Assembly: GCF_001194135.2 (NCBI RefSeq)
Contig: NC_068998.1
Coordinates: 50,486,451-50,527,304, forward strand
From: Octopus bimaculoides
Taxonomy: Eukaryota
Direction of reading: 5' to 3'
Length of the DNA stretch: 40,854 nucleotides
Below are positions 23,244 through 35,644 of this stretch, piece after piece; position 1 is the first letter of the stretch; every line of letters begins with the position of its first letter. The translations under genes were made by a program, and so were the position numbers. The notes under the pieces are model-generated. The model made no database searches. It had not been told where the DNA came from and was given only the letters and a program-made list of their open reading frames with translations.

Positions 23244-24473
23244 TGCCCCCAACACCACACCCTGACGGAAAGTGATATATGCACCTCACCTTTGGTAACG
23301 CGTTGTGTGATATCACCTTCCATCTGTGGTGGTATGATGTTTTCAGTTTGAGCAGGTTGAATGGCTGCATTCATCTGACCGAGTAAGATTTCAAACAGGA
23401 GTTATATTACTGAGGAATGCCAGTCATCGATAACCTCATCTGATTTTGAACACAGAATATCCTGAAGATAAACGAAATTTCTAAGGTTTCCTTTCAGAGT
23501 CATCGTCACGGTTGCCACTGCTTGATCGAATTTATTCTATACTAATAAATATGTAATAAATAATTAAAGAAGGCTCATTCATCAGGTAAATTTAATATAT
23601 AGAAAATTTTATTGAATGTATATTATACAGCTTTGCTGCTACAATCATTGTGTTAAGCAGTGCAGGAGGAACTAAGGATAAAAAGAACATAACGTTTTAA
23701 AGTGCTTTAAAATATATTCACATTTTTATTGCGTTTTCATACGTTATAAAATGTGGTATAAATTCAACATAATTAAAATATATAAAATATTTTCTAACAC
23801 ACTTTTTATTAATAAATGAATGTATTAACGTTAATATGCATTACATATTTATGGTGATTAACAAATTTATCATAATTCATTTTAATATGCAATACATTGT
23901 TGCAACGTAAATCGTAACAATGCTATTTTCTATGTCATTACTTTTTAACGAGTCATTTTAACGACGTTACTTTTTAAAGAGGCGTTTTTGGAGTAGGAAG
24001 AATTTGCAATGAAATATAAACAGTTAAGCTTTGTAATACACTTGTGAGAAAAGTATTTATTCGTACTTTTATATGCATGTATGTGAGTGTGTATAAGTAT
24101 ATAGAGAGAGAAAGAAAGGGGGCAGAGAAATAGATAGATAGGTAGATACATACATACATACATACATACATACATACATACATACATACATAAATAACCC
24201 TATCAGCCACCCGGCTTATCCTTTTCTAAGTGTGACTGTTGTGTGATCTGCAGATACATATTAATCACATCGCACAAATCACCATGGATTAATCTGGATT
24301 AGACTGTTTTGGCATCTCACGAATTCTGTCATGAGGGTTGTAAAGTTCCAATTATGATTTATCGGGGAAATTCTGAAATGCTTTGTAGAACTGTTGTTCT
24401 TCTTGTTCTTTTTCTCGTGAATACAAATCTCGCAACGGATGATTTTACATTTCTTCCTTAAAAGTAAAATAGG

Positions 24474-24728
24474 TAAAGCCCCATTTAGGTCATAAATGAC
24501 CGGGGGCTTGCACCGAGAAAGTTCCGCTCTGAGGCGCAATCAGGTCAAGGTTGTTTATGAATGACCAGTAGTGGCCCATGCATATCAGCGTCCTCTCTTT
24601 ACGCCACTGATATCATTCAAGTGAAAGATAAAGGCCGACACAGCTTGGTATCAGTGACATCGCAACTCCTTTCTACAGGTGAAGGAACAGGGGCAACGTG
24701 AAGTAAAGTGTCTTCCTCAAGAAACAAC
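24474..24728 (-). mobile_element. SINE family C copy, lacking the tRNA head
   Basis: The reverse complement matches about 5655-5878 block by block (GGCCGA.ACAGCTTGG..CAGTGA..TCGCAACT..TTTCTACAG; GCAACGTGA..TAAAGTGTCTT). Confidence 0.8.
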
Positions 24729-24868
24729 ATATAACTATATATATATATAGTTATATATATAACTATATATANNNNNNNNNNNNNNNNNNNNNNNNNNNNN
24801 NNNNNNNNNNNNNNNNNNNNNNNNNNNNNNNNNNNNNNNNNNNNNNNNNNNNNNNNNNNNNNNNNNAT

Positions 24869-25155
24869 ATCAGTGCAAAGAGGTTTGCTTCCCAGCCTGG
24901 CAGTTTGCGGGTTATTCCCACTGCGTGGATCCTTCGGTATTTGTCTTCTACTATAGTTTCAGGACGACTAAAGCCTTGTGAGTGAATTTGGTAGACGGAA
25001 GGTGAAAGAAGCCTGTCTTATATATATTTGTATGTGTGTAGGTGTAGTTTTGTGTCTGTGTTTAGCCCCCACCGCCACTTAACAACCGGTGTCGGCGTAC
25101 ACACGTACCCGCAACATAGCGGTTCGACAAAAGTATCAGGCTTTAAAAATAAGCA
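24869..25155 (+). mobile_element. SINE family B with head, internal TA/TG tract and 3' tail
   Basis: GTTTGCTTCCC..CCCACTGCGTGG..TGTCTTCTACTATAG..AAAGCCTTGTGAGTGAATTTGGTAGACGGAA..GAAAGAAGCC, then an internal microsatellite, then GTGTCTGTGTTTAGCCCCCCACC..ACAACCGGTGTCGG..TAGCGGTTCGACAAAAG. Confidence 0.8.
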
Positions 25156-26209
25156 CAAGCATACGTATGCGTGCATGTGTATGTGCGTGCTTGTGTGTGT
25201 GTTGCGTGTTTGTGCATATGATTGTGTAATAGTCGAAAATGCTGGGGTTTTTTTTAAATCTCAACTGGCACTTTTAATTCTATAGAGATGGAGAGAGATA
25301 AAAAACGAGTTGCAGAAAGAGTTAATATGAGAGGTACAGGAAGAGTTGAAAATACTAGGCTCTGTAGTAGAGAATGCTTTTTTTAATGGTTTATATGCTC
25401 AGGAAAGGAATAAGAATCTGGAAAAAAAAACAGAGGAGAAAATGGAGGAGAAGAGAAAAAATCTGTAAGATTAATTATAGCAGATAATTATATATATGCA
25501 TGTGTGAAACGAACGACATTAATTGCTGTTTGTGACACACTAACAATTTTCAAATTCTAAATAGCACATAGATCTAAGAATATAGCGGAAATATCTTTGG
25601 ACACACATTATTGCGAAAAAGACATTTTTCACTTCATTTTCTAGTTTGTATTCAAATAGTGAAAGTAAAGATATATAATGGTAAACAAAACTCATCCGTG
25701 GTGATTATATATTACGGAAGCTGACACCCACAATCACACACTCAGAATATTTCTCGTTCTCTTTCTTCCTCACACACGCACACACACAAACACACACACA
25801 CACACACACACGCACGCACACACATACTCACACACGTACACACAACAATGTTGGTAGTGTTAACAAACCAAAAATAGAAAAAAAGAAACGCCTTGATCTT
25901 TTGCTTTAAAAACTGTGGGATTCAAAATCAAACAAAAACAAATGAGTAAAGTAAAAAGATAAATTTTATCTCCTCAGGAAGTGAAAAGAAAACGTATATA
26001 GTTTATTTAATTGTATGGTAAGAGAACGTATATCTTTTCTTTGGAAAATTAATATTCTTTTCATCGTTTTGTATAAACAGCAAGAAATCTGATAAAAGTG
26101 AAATTATATCTATTTTATGCATGTCGTATTTGTTGATATTACTTCAGGTGATAAGAATGTACAATGTGTTTCATCGGAAATCGTCATATGACGAGTAACA
26201 TTGCATATG

Positions 26210-26242
<33 letters not shown>

Positions 26243-27356
26243 ATATATATAATAAAATTAAATGCAACTATACATACATATGTATATAGAGAGGTACGTG
26301 TATGTATATATTTATATGTGTGTATGTGTGTGTGCTCATACACACAGACACACACATATATATATATACATATATATATATGTATTTATATATGTATAGA
26401 CGTATATTTTTTTCAGAGAGAGAGAGAAAGAAAGACAGGAGAAAGATGTATGGATAGATAAAGTTCGAGGAGAAGAAGAAGAAGAAGAAGAAGAAGAAGA
26501 AGAAGAAGAAGAGAATATGATTCTCTGTTTAGCAGTCTCAGAGCTTCATGGGATATCAAAGTATAAGTCAATAATTCTTCAAGTGCTCACTATCTAACCT
26601 CGAAATGTTTCTTCGCTTATCAGCAGTTGATCGATGTCCTGAATCTCACTGCTGAGAAAATGTCTTTATTTAATATGATTATCAGAAAATCTTTTTTGAC
26701 TTTGAGATGACGCTTGTCAAGTAATGTACTGCTATACAAGCTACAAGTTGACATCATGCTGATCGAGGTTCTAATATACATGACCGTATGTAGATATATC
26801 AAACGGATGTGCTATAATACTATTCTACATATGCAAAAACACCAATACCTACAATACAACATACATCCATCATCAGCTGCCCCACGGATATCATTATGGT
26901 TTCGACACCTAGGCAGTACCATTCAATGCGGTGGTGTCAACAATTCTAAGATAAGTGTTTTTTGGGAACAAACATGCGAAAGAAACCACAACTTTCAAAC
27001 ACATTTACCCTATGTACAACAGTATCAGTAAATAAATTCAATAAGTAAATTTATAACCACCTCCTCAATATGTAATTATACAGCGAGCAACCCTTTAAGC
27101 CATGCAAAAAATATTCCCTACATATATGTATTTAAGCATGTGTGGTTGTATGGATGTAGGTATGTATGTATGTAGATATGTATGTATTAATCAATGAATG
27201 TTTGAATGTGTATATATATGTAAACAGGAGATAAATACACAGGTTGACAGGCATGGAGGTTTGAATGAATGTGTACATACATATTTGATTGTATGTATAA
27301 ATAAATCTACATCGGTATGAGTTTAGTTAGGCATGCATGAATGTATGCATGTATAT

Positions 27357-27388
<32 letters not shown>

Positions 27389-27402
27389 ATNNNNNNNNNN
27401 NN

Positions 27403-27471
<69 letters not shown>

Positions 27472-27747
27472 GTGGGCTGAGTTTAGTATAGCTTATACGT
27501 GCGTGTGTTCGTGTATATATTTGTATGTATATATGTGTCTTTATGGGTGAATGGTTTGATGATTGGTAGATAAATGGACATTGACTACATAAGTGTAAAG
27601 AGCAAGCAAAGAATGTTAAACTTCGTCTAAACTTCGTGTTAAATGAAAATAAATAATTGGAAAAAACGACGGAGAATGAAATAGTTAGAAACGTATAAAT
27701 AATGATATCGCAAGCAGTATATATACATACATACGGAGATAAATAGG

Positions 27748-27748
27748 G

Positions 27749-27798
<50 letters not shown>

Positions 27799-27821
27799 AA
27801 GATAGATAGATAGATAGATAG
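27748..27821. repeat. (GATA)n microsatellite
   Basis: Direct reading. Confidence 0.95.
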
Positions 27822-28090
27822 ACTGGACGTATTTAATGAAGCAGCTGCCGGTTTCGACATATTAGTGTCTTGTATAACAACTATTGCTTCATTGAACTGT
27901 ATAATTATACTCTCCAGAAATCGTGGCTTCGTCAGCCATCTTTAATTATGGCTGAATCACGACTCTGCTCGATGTACAAACACATCGTTAAACCTCTCAG
28001 CAAGTCAACCGTTGATATGCTCGGTCTATTATACTTGTCTTTCTAGCTCTTTTTCACTGTCTATGAATACGCATATATATTTGTGTGTGC

Positions 28091-28134
<44 letters not shown>

Positions 28135-28368
28135 TTATATATATGTGCCTGTGTGTGTGTATGTGTGTACACATGGACGCACATACACACACTTACAAGA
28201 TTGGAGGAGCCAATCAGGGGATTTTATTTCCAGTGTTGCTTAATACTCATTTAAAATGTTATCTTACGTGCTAGATTTGTTATACTTTTACGCACGCGCT
28301 TATAGAAACCACAAATTTTATCTATCTATCTATCTATCTATCTATGCATTTATATATANNNNNNNNNN

Positions 28369-28423
<55 letters not shown>

Positions 28424-30297
28424 TGTATGTATATATACACGCACAAACACATTCATGCCAATATACATACACATATAAATACGATCATTTAGTGTGTCCT
28501 GTAATTATTTTTCATATTAGAGTCGTTCCAGTCCGGTTACCTTAAATAACACGATATAAATGGATTTATTTACGATACATAAACATGTTTCATATTCTTT
28601 CTACATGAACTGATTGGGTTTGTAAAGTTTTATAGATTTTTGTTACGCTTTCATTATTTTTATATTATGATTCGATAGTTTGTGTATTAAATCCATTCAG
28701 TCTATCATAAAATTATGTAAAAATGATTATTATTTCTTAATTTTCTGAACAATATTTGTTATCATTAAAAATATTTGCAATTCTAATTCTAATTAAATCT
28801 ATGATAGAATTATATGACTGTTGTCGAAGATAACTTAGTTGTTTACACCCAAGTCCTTTGTGATCGATCAGAACACTGTGTAATGCCTCAAAGGGTCCCG
28901 TCTTGTTTTCGTATACCTTTCTGCAGGCCTACTGATTATATGGGTTATAAATAGATTTAGGCTGACAGAGCGATACTTCTCCGAAATTCTGAATGAGCCG
29001 CCAGACGGTGACAGGTTAAATCCATCGGTCACACTAAATATTCATATCTAATCGAGTGTCATACAACAAAGTGAAATGAAATTCCCTGCTGAAGGAGACA
29101 ACCGTGAAACAACGGCCTGACTACTGTAACCCAACGACTCTGACCGTTGGATTGCACACCATCTTGCTCATCCCTAGGTACACACAGGCACCCACACACC
29201 CACACAAATATGGACCCTTCGTGAAATTGCAGTAACTAGGTTGCATAATTGTATGTGGAGCAATGTGCAATTGCTACAAGAGAAACATAAGTAGGGCATT
29301 GTTATATAACGTTTTGGATGTGAATGATCATCCAGTCTTCTCTTTCAATTATGTATGTATGTGTATATATATATATATATATGATGTATATATATATATA
29401 TATATATGATGTATGTATATATATATATATATATATATATGATGTANNNNNNNNNNNNNNNNNNNNNNNNNNNNNNNNNNNNNNNNNNNNNNNNNNNNNN
29501 NNNNNNNNNNNNNNNNNNNNNNNNNNNNNNNNNNNNNNNNNNNNNNNNNNNNNNNNNNNNNNNNNNNNNNNNNNNNNNNNNNNNNNNNNNNNNNNNNNNN
29601 NNNNNNNNNNNNNNNNNNNNNNNNNNNNNNNNNNNNNNNNNNNNNNNNNNNNNNNNNNNNNNNNNNNNNNNNNNNNNNNNNNNNNNNNNNNNNNNNNNNN
29701 NNNNNNNNNNNNNNNNNNNNNNNNNNNNNNNNNNNNNNNNNNNNNNNNNNNNNNNNNNNNNNNNNNNNNNNNNNNNNNNNNNNNNNNNNNNNNNNNNNNN
29801 NNNNNNNNNNNNNNNNNNNNNNNNNNNNNNNNNNNNNNNNNNNNNNNNNNNNNNNNNNNNNNNNNNNNNNNNNNNNNNNNNNNNNNNNNNNNNNNNNNNN
29901 NNNNNNNNNNNNNNNNNNNNNNNNNNNNNNNNNNNNNNNNNNNNNNNNNNNNNNNNNNNNNNNNNNNNNNNNNNNNNNNNNNNNNNNNNNNNNNNNNNNN
30001 NNNNNNNNNNNNNNNNNNNNNNNNNNNNNNNNNNNNNNNNNNNNNNNNNNNNNNNNNNNNNNNNNNNNNNNNNNNNNNNNNNNNNNNNNNAAAGGATGAT
30101 AAAGGAGGTTTACAAAAGTGGAAAAGTTCAAAAATATATATATATATATATATCCGATTGGCTAGCTAGAAATAGCAGCTGAACTACATTTAGATATCAT
30201 TGTACTATCGGAATAATGACGACTTCTTATAATAATGTTGTTTTAGCAACGAGTAAAGCCTTAAAGGGACATGTTAGCCACGGTTATAATGATGGTA

Positions 30298-30423
30298 TTG
30301 AACGTGGATCTCTTCTATCTGCAATCATCATCTGATGGCTACTTGAACATGGATTTCTTCCAGTTCAGTCACCTAAAGGGTTTTTTGAACGTGGATCTCT
30401 TCGATTTGCAATCACCTTACTAC
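30298..30423 (+). repeat. Three-copy degenerate tandem repeat (45- and 42-bp spacing)
   Basis: TTGAACRTGGATYTCTTC starts at 30298, 30343 and 30385. Confidence 0.85.
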
Positions 30424-30912
30424 CTAAACAACTACAGAAGCAGGAGCGGCGTCAACAACAATAAAAATACATCAGCGTTTGTTGTTATACATAACGGAAA
30501 CCATTTCAGCAAAACGTAGATAATATTTCTGATAGCTGGACAGATGAGTATTACTGTGACAGTACGAGTTATTCATGTGACTGATGTAATCATTAAACAG
30601 GTTAATGATAACATTAATGACTGGCACCGTTAATATTTGATAGGTGGACAGAGAGGATGTGATTTATTATATAGTTTATAATTGCGGAGATATGAGCAAA
30701 CTTATAGATAGCGATATTAATGAGGAGAGATACTGAATTTTCAGAGATTAGAGCCGTGATAATATGATTGGTTATTTGATCAGTGGAGATCTAACGATAT
30801 AAAAAGTTTATAACTTTAAGAACAATAAATGTTTCTCTGATAGAATATATTACAGCATGATTTCGATCCTCAGTGACACGTTGTATATAATTTTATATGA
30901 TTAATGTAAAAA

Positions 30913-31045
30913 AGGCAGGCAGAAGTATTAAGGCGTTTGAAAAAGTGAGCATTGCGGTATGTTTTCTAACTATTTAGTTGTGAGTTCGATTCTGCGGCAG
31001 GTCAAGTTTTCCTTTCATCCTTTCGGGTTCGAGAAAATAAACTTC
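30913..31045 (+). mobile_element. SINE family A diverged fragment
   Basis: TGAGTTCGATTCTGCGGCAGGTCAAGTTTTCCTTTCATCCTTTCGGGTTCGAGAAAATAA core block. Confidence 0.6.
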
Positions 31046-31054
31046 GAGTCCTGT

Positions 31055-31143
31055 ATTGGTAGGTATCTTCTACTATAGCTTCGAGCCTACCAAAGCCTTG
31101 TGAGTGGATTTGATAGACGAAATCTGAAAGAAGCCCATCGTAC
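31055..31143 (+). mobile_element. SINE family B central fragment running into (TA)n and a gap
   Basis: TATCTTCTACTATAGC..CCAAAGCCTTGTGAGTGGATTTGATAGACGAAATCTGAAAGAAGCCCATCGTA. Confidence 0.75.
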
Positions 31144-31512
31144 ATATATATATATATATATATANNNNNNNNNNNNNNNNNNNNNNNNNNNNNNNNNNNN
31201 NNNNNNNNNNNNNNNNNNNNNNNNNNNNNNNNNNNNNNNNNNNNNNNNNNNNNNNNNNNNNNNNNNNNNNNNNNNNNNNNNNNNNNNNNNNNNNNNNNNN
31301 NNNNNNNNNNNNNNNNNNNNNNNNNNNNNNNNNNNNNNNNNNNNNNNNNNNNNNNNNNNNNNNNNNNNNNNNNNNNNNNNNNNNNNNNNNNNNNNNNNNN
31401 NNNNNNNNNNNNNNNNNNNNNNNNNNNNNNNNNNNNNNNNNNNNNNNNNNNNNNNNNNNNNNNNNNNNNNNNNNNNNNNNNNNNNNNNNNNNNNNNNNNN
31501 NNNNNNNNNNNN

Positions 31513-31547
<35 letters not shown>

Positions 31548-32675
31548 CAGCGGCATGACGAACGGGAACGTGAAACTCAATATAGAATATTTTTGTGTTA
31601 TTTTTGTGATGATTTTACAGTTTTAATAATAAAATGTACATATATATATCAGCAAGTATTCTTATATACATATATGTTAGTAGGCGTGTGCATAAATATA
31701 AATACATGCTCAAATATGTGCATTGTAACTTTAAATATGTTTATATAAAGTTACAATGCAAGTGAACTTTTTGGATTGACGTTGTATACGAGAGGTAACA
31801 TATTTATGGCTGAACAAAAGTTTTCTTCTTAAAAAAACTTTCGTCTTCTACAATGATTTGTACCTAATCACGTTCTAACAAAGAAATAAATTCACATTTA
31901 AAACTAAAAATTCTCGCTGTAAATGTTAATAAAACTTTATTTTCCTTTTCTGCATCCATAAAATATAAGACTACATATATACATATATATATTTCTCTTT
32001 CATTCCGCAGAGAAATATAATCTCCCCTTTATGAAACCCACTTCAGATACTGCCGTATATTTTTTTATCTTCCAAGTTAATTTTTATTGCAAACAATAAC
32101 GTTTAGGAAGATATTCGCTTGTGATAAAATATCTACCTTACACTCCATTTTCTTATATCGGCTATTTGGCTGAGTTCTTAAAAATTTCATTTCGCATAAA
32201 ATGTTATGCTGAGATCAATCCTCCTTCATTGATGTATAGAACTGACAACACACATTCATAAACGCAGGCAAACACTCACACACTCACCTACACGCTTACT
32301 AACGTTAATAACTACGTCGTTTTTACTGAAACACTTTGTTCCTTTCGAATAGAGTACGATACACGAGGAGTCATTGAATCCAGCTTATACCTGAAGGTTA
32401 CTTTCTAAATTTAGATATACACATTCATGCACTCACACTCATTTGGACTTAAATAATAATAGATACTTTCCTTAAACCACCCTAAAGTATATCATAAAAT
32501 GTTGGGTAGATGGAGAGAATAATTTGTACTATTGGACTACGCAAACCATTTTTCTCTTCCTTCTTTCTTTAAGGCCCACATTTCTAAATGGAAACACAGA
32601 GATGCATTCATGCCGAACGGCTTGTCGTAACCATTTCAAACTTCGAGAAGCTCATTCTTTCTTCATTGTTAATTT

Positions 32676-32842
32676 CTTCGTCTGTCTTTATGTTCTGAGT
32701 TCAAATTCCACCGGGGTCAATTTTGCCATTCATCCTTTCTGGGTCGGTAAATTAAGTACCAGTTCCGTACTGGGGTCGATCTAATCGACTGGCCCCCCTC
32801 CCCAAAATTTCGGGCCTTGTGCTTAGAGTAGAAAAGAATATT
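32676..32842 (+). mobile_element. SINE family A, 5'-truncated, low-divergence copy
   Basis: GTTCTGAGTTCAAATTCCACCGGGGTC...TCATCCTTTCTGGGTCGGTAAATTAAGTACCAG..TACTGGGGTCGATCTAATCGACTGG...GGCCTTGTGCTTAGAGTAGAAAAGAATATT. Confidence 0.85.
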
Positions 32843-32854
32843 AGTTTCATCAGA

Positions 32855-33060
32855 GGGCGGCAAGCTGGCTAAATCGTTAGAACGCTGGACGGCATTTCAC
32901 CCATCGCTATTTTCTGAGTTCAAATTCCTCCGGGGTCGACTTTACCTTTCATCCTTTCGGGGTCGATAAATTAAGTACCAGCTGAATACTGGAGTCGATG
33001 TAATCGCCTATCCGCCTCCTCCAAACTTCAGAACTTGTGTCTATAACAGAAAGGATTATT
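32855..33060 (+). mobile_element. SINE family A, full-length copy, tandem to 32676-32842
   Basis: GGCGGCAAGCTGGC head, TTCTGAGTTCAAATTCC..GGGGTCGACTTTACCTTTCATCCTTTCGGGGTCGATAAATTAAGTACCAG core and AGAAAGGATTATT tail. Confidence 0.85.
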
Positions 33061-33692
33061 AGATTCTACGAAATCTAACGCTTCATTTCAAAACTTGGCA
33101 TAATCTAATGTCCGTAAAATATCAACCGCTAAAGTGTCTTTCAGTTCACTAATTAAGTAACAGAACACAATGTCATCCAATTTGTTGAAATACATAATGA
33201 AATAAATTACTCGTGAGTGGAACTTCACGGACGTTTTAAGCGAACGGTGCCGAAAATCCATTATCACATAAAAACCTATTTCAAAGTATACTAAACTGTT
33301 TAATTCAACAATGTCTTACAAAACGGACCGTTAAGGAATGGTTGAATGCACACACAACAGGAACATTAATATACATCGTCTACTTAGTATAAGGTTTAGT
33401 ATTTTTATAGGTCATACAATGAAGCGAACGTTATAACATTATCATAAGTGGAGGTTTTAAACCACAAACCGCGAATAAGTGGATCGATGTTTAAATATTA
33501 ATCAACCGTGTAAGCTAATCGAGGCGTTACAGGAATCAATTCACAAATAATATCGATTACTTATCTCCTTTCTTAAACTGTTTTCGCCATCAGCAAAAAT
33601 CTGCATATGTATATGTGCCTGTCTGTCTGTACATACAAGCCTACATACATACATACATACATACATACATGCATACATATCTTCTGTCATTT

Positions 33693-33878
33693 ATGGTTTA
33701 CGTCTTTTAGTCTTCAGGCAGTGGCCATGCTGGGGCATCGCTTTAACGGGTTCAGTCGAGGAAATTAAACCCATTGCTCCCTTCCTTTTGATGCCTTGCC
33801 AAAAGGCTAAGTTATAGGAACGTAAACAAACCAATATCAGTCTGCAAACATGAGATAGGGGGACAAACAAGAACACAA

Positions 33879-33885
<7 letters not shown>
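33693..33885 (-). mobile_element. SINE family B 3' tail
   Basis: GGCCATGCTGGGGCATCGC..AGTCGAGGAAAT..GCTAAGTTATAGGAACGTAAACAAACC..GGGGGACAAACA is the reverse complement of the tail blocks at 25045-25130 and 37770-37846. Confidence 0.7.
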
Positions 33886-33937
<52 letters not shown>

Positions 33938-34184
33938 CAAGAGCTAAATTTGGCGATTTTCTATGTTTTCATTTTACAAGAACAGCTAGATGCATTGGTG
34001 AATAGTGAACGGCATTGGAAAGTATAAAGATTAATGTTGTAGTTGAGAAATAATTAGCTGACCTAGAGGACTGGGAGGCGTGTGAATATTGAAAAAGATT
34101 TGCAAGTACCATGCTGAATCAGGCTGCTTTGTCAAAATAGGGACATCATGACTGCTATTCAATGCTCTGTGAAAGCTATAAAGC

Positions 34185-34296
34185 CTACAACATCGACCCC
34201 AGAGCGTAACTGGAACGTATTTAATCGACTCCGAAAGGATGAAAAGCAAAGTTCACCTCAGCGGAATTTGAACTCAAAACCAGAAATTTGAACTCA
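34185..34296 (-). mobile_element. SINE family A central fragment
   Basis: CATCGACCCCAG..CTGGAACGTATTTAATCGACTCCGAAAGGATGAAAAGCAAAGTTCACCTCAGCGGAATTTGAACTCA, with a local duplication of AATTTGAACTCA. Confidence 0.75.
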
Positions 34297-34381
34297 TTTT
34301 TCTAGTTGTCCTGTTCATTTCCTAAAGCACGTTCTTTGTCCACCTAACAACACCTGCACAGTACTGCATTATCATTGTTAG

Positions 34382-34441
<60 letters not shown>
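34382..34441. repeat. (ATT)n microsatellite
   Basis: Direct reading. Confidence 0.95.
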
Positions 34442-34443
<2 letters not shown>

Positions 34444-34944
34444 GTAGTTCGATTCAGCTCCGTGCAAGTTATGACAAGATTTCCATGTTTATTTTCGTAG
34501 ATACATCATTAAAACACTAATTAGCTGCCGCATTCGACCTGAGATATTGTAGACGAACAGCTGAATAACACAGATATATATCGGTAGTTGAGGAAAATCG
34601 TCCAACGGCAATGCTAGATACATATTACTGCATTTAAGGATATATCAGTAGAAGGTACGTACAGTGACTGAAAGTTTACTGATGTTGCAACTAGCTGTCT
34701 GACTGAATAAATATTCGCTATGTGCAACCGAAGCTGTATACGTTTAGAATACTAAAAGAGTTACATCAATAAAAGCCTAATTAATCGCGTTATTTATCCA
34801 TATAAATAACGCATTTGTTTTTTAGATGCAGAGAGATTTAAAACGCAAAAATATATTAGTGTATATATGCGAGTGTGTGTACGTGTGTGTGTGCTCGCGG
34901 CGTATTTGTGTGTACGCGTGATTAGCTTTTCTTTCTTTCTTTCC

Positions 34945-35022
34945 TCTACTGACATGCTGGTGCACCGACTTCGAGGATTCAGTCGAACAACATCTTCGTA
35001 CTATTTTTTTTTAAATCTGCCA
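34945..35022 (-). mobile_element. SINE family B tail fragment
   Basis: CATGCTGGTGCACCG..TCAGTCGAACAA..GTACT block, similar to 33725-33770. Confidence 0.5.
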
Positions 35023-35567
35023 TTTNNNNNNNNNNNNNNNNNNNNNNNNNNNNNNNNNNNNNNNNNNNNNNNNNNNNNNNNNNNNNNNNNNNNNNNNNNN
35101 NNNNNNNNNNNNNNNNNNNNNNNNNNNNNNNNNNNNNNNNNNNNNNNNNNNNNNNNNNNNNNNNNNNNNNNNNNNNNNNNNNNNNNNNNNNNNNNNNNNN
35201 NNNNNNNNNNNNNNNNNNNNNNNNNNNNNNNNNNNNNNNNNNNNNNNNNNNNNNNNNNNNNNNNNNNNNNNNNNNNNNNNNNNNNNNNNNNNNNNNNNNN
35301 NNNNNNNNNNNNNNNNNNNNNNNNNNNNNNNNNNNNNNNNNNNNNNNNNNNNNNNNNNNNNNNNNNNNNNNNNNNNNNNNNNNNNNNNNNNNNNNNNNNN
35401 NNNNNNNNNNNNNNNNNNNNNNNNNNNNNNNNNNNNNNNNNNNNNNNNNNNNNNNNNNNNNNNNNNNNNNNNNNNGTTCAACTATTAAACGTTCATAATT
35501 GGAAATTCAATGTTAAGTATTAATGGAATTTTGATTTACTGTAGGGTTACTTTTGGCCAGCAGTGTG

Positions 35568-35568
35568 T

Positions 35569-35643
<75 letters not shown>
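35568..35643. repeat. (GATA)n microsatellite
   Basis: Direct reading. Confidence 0.95.

Positions 35644-35644
<1 letters not shown>

Noticed and set aside
23460-23490. CTGAAGA...GAAAT, a second hammerhead-like string
   Set aside because: No stem I complementarity and no stem II.
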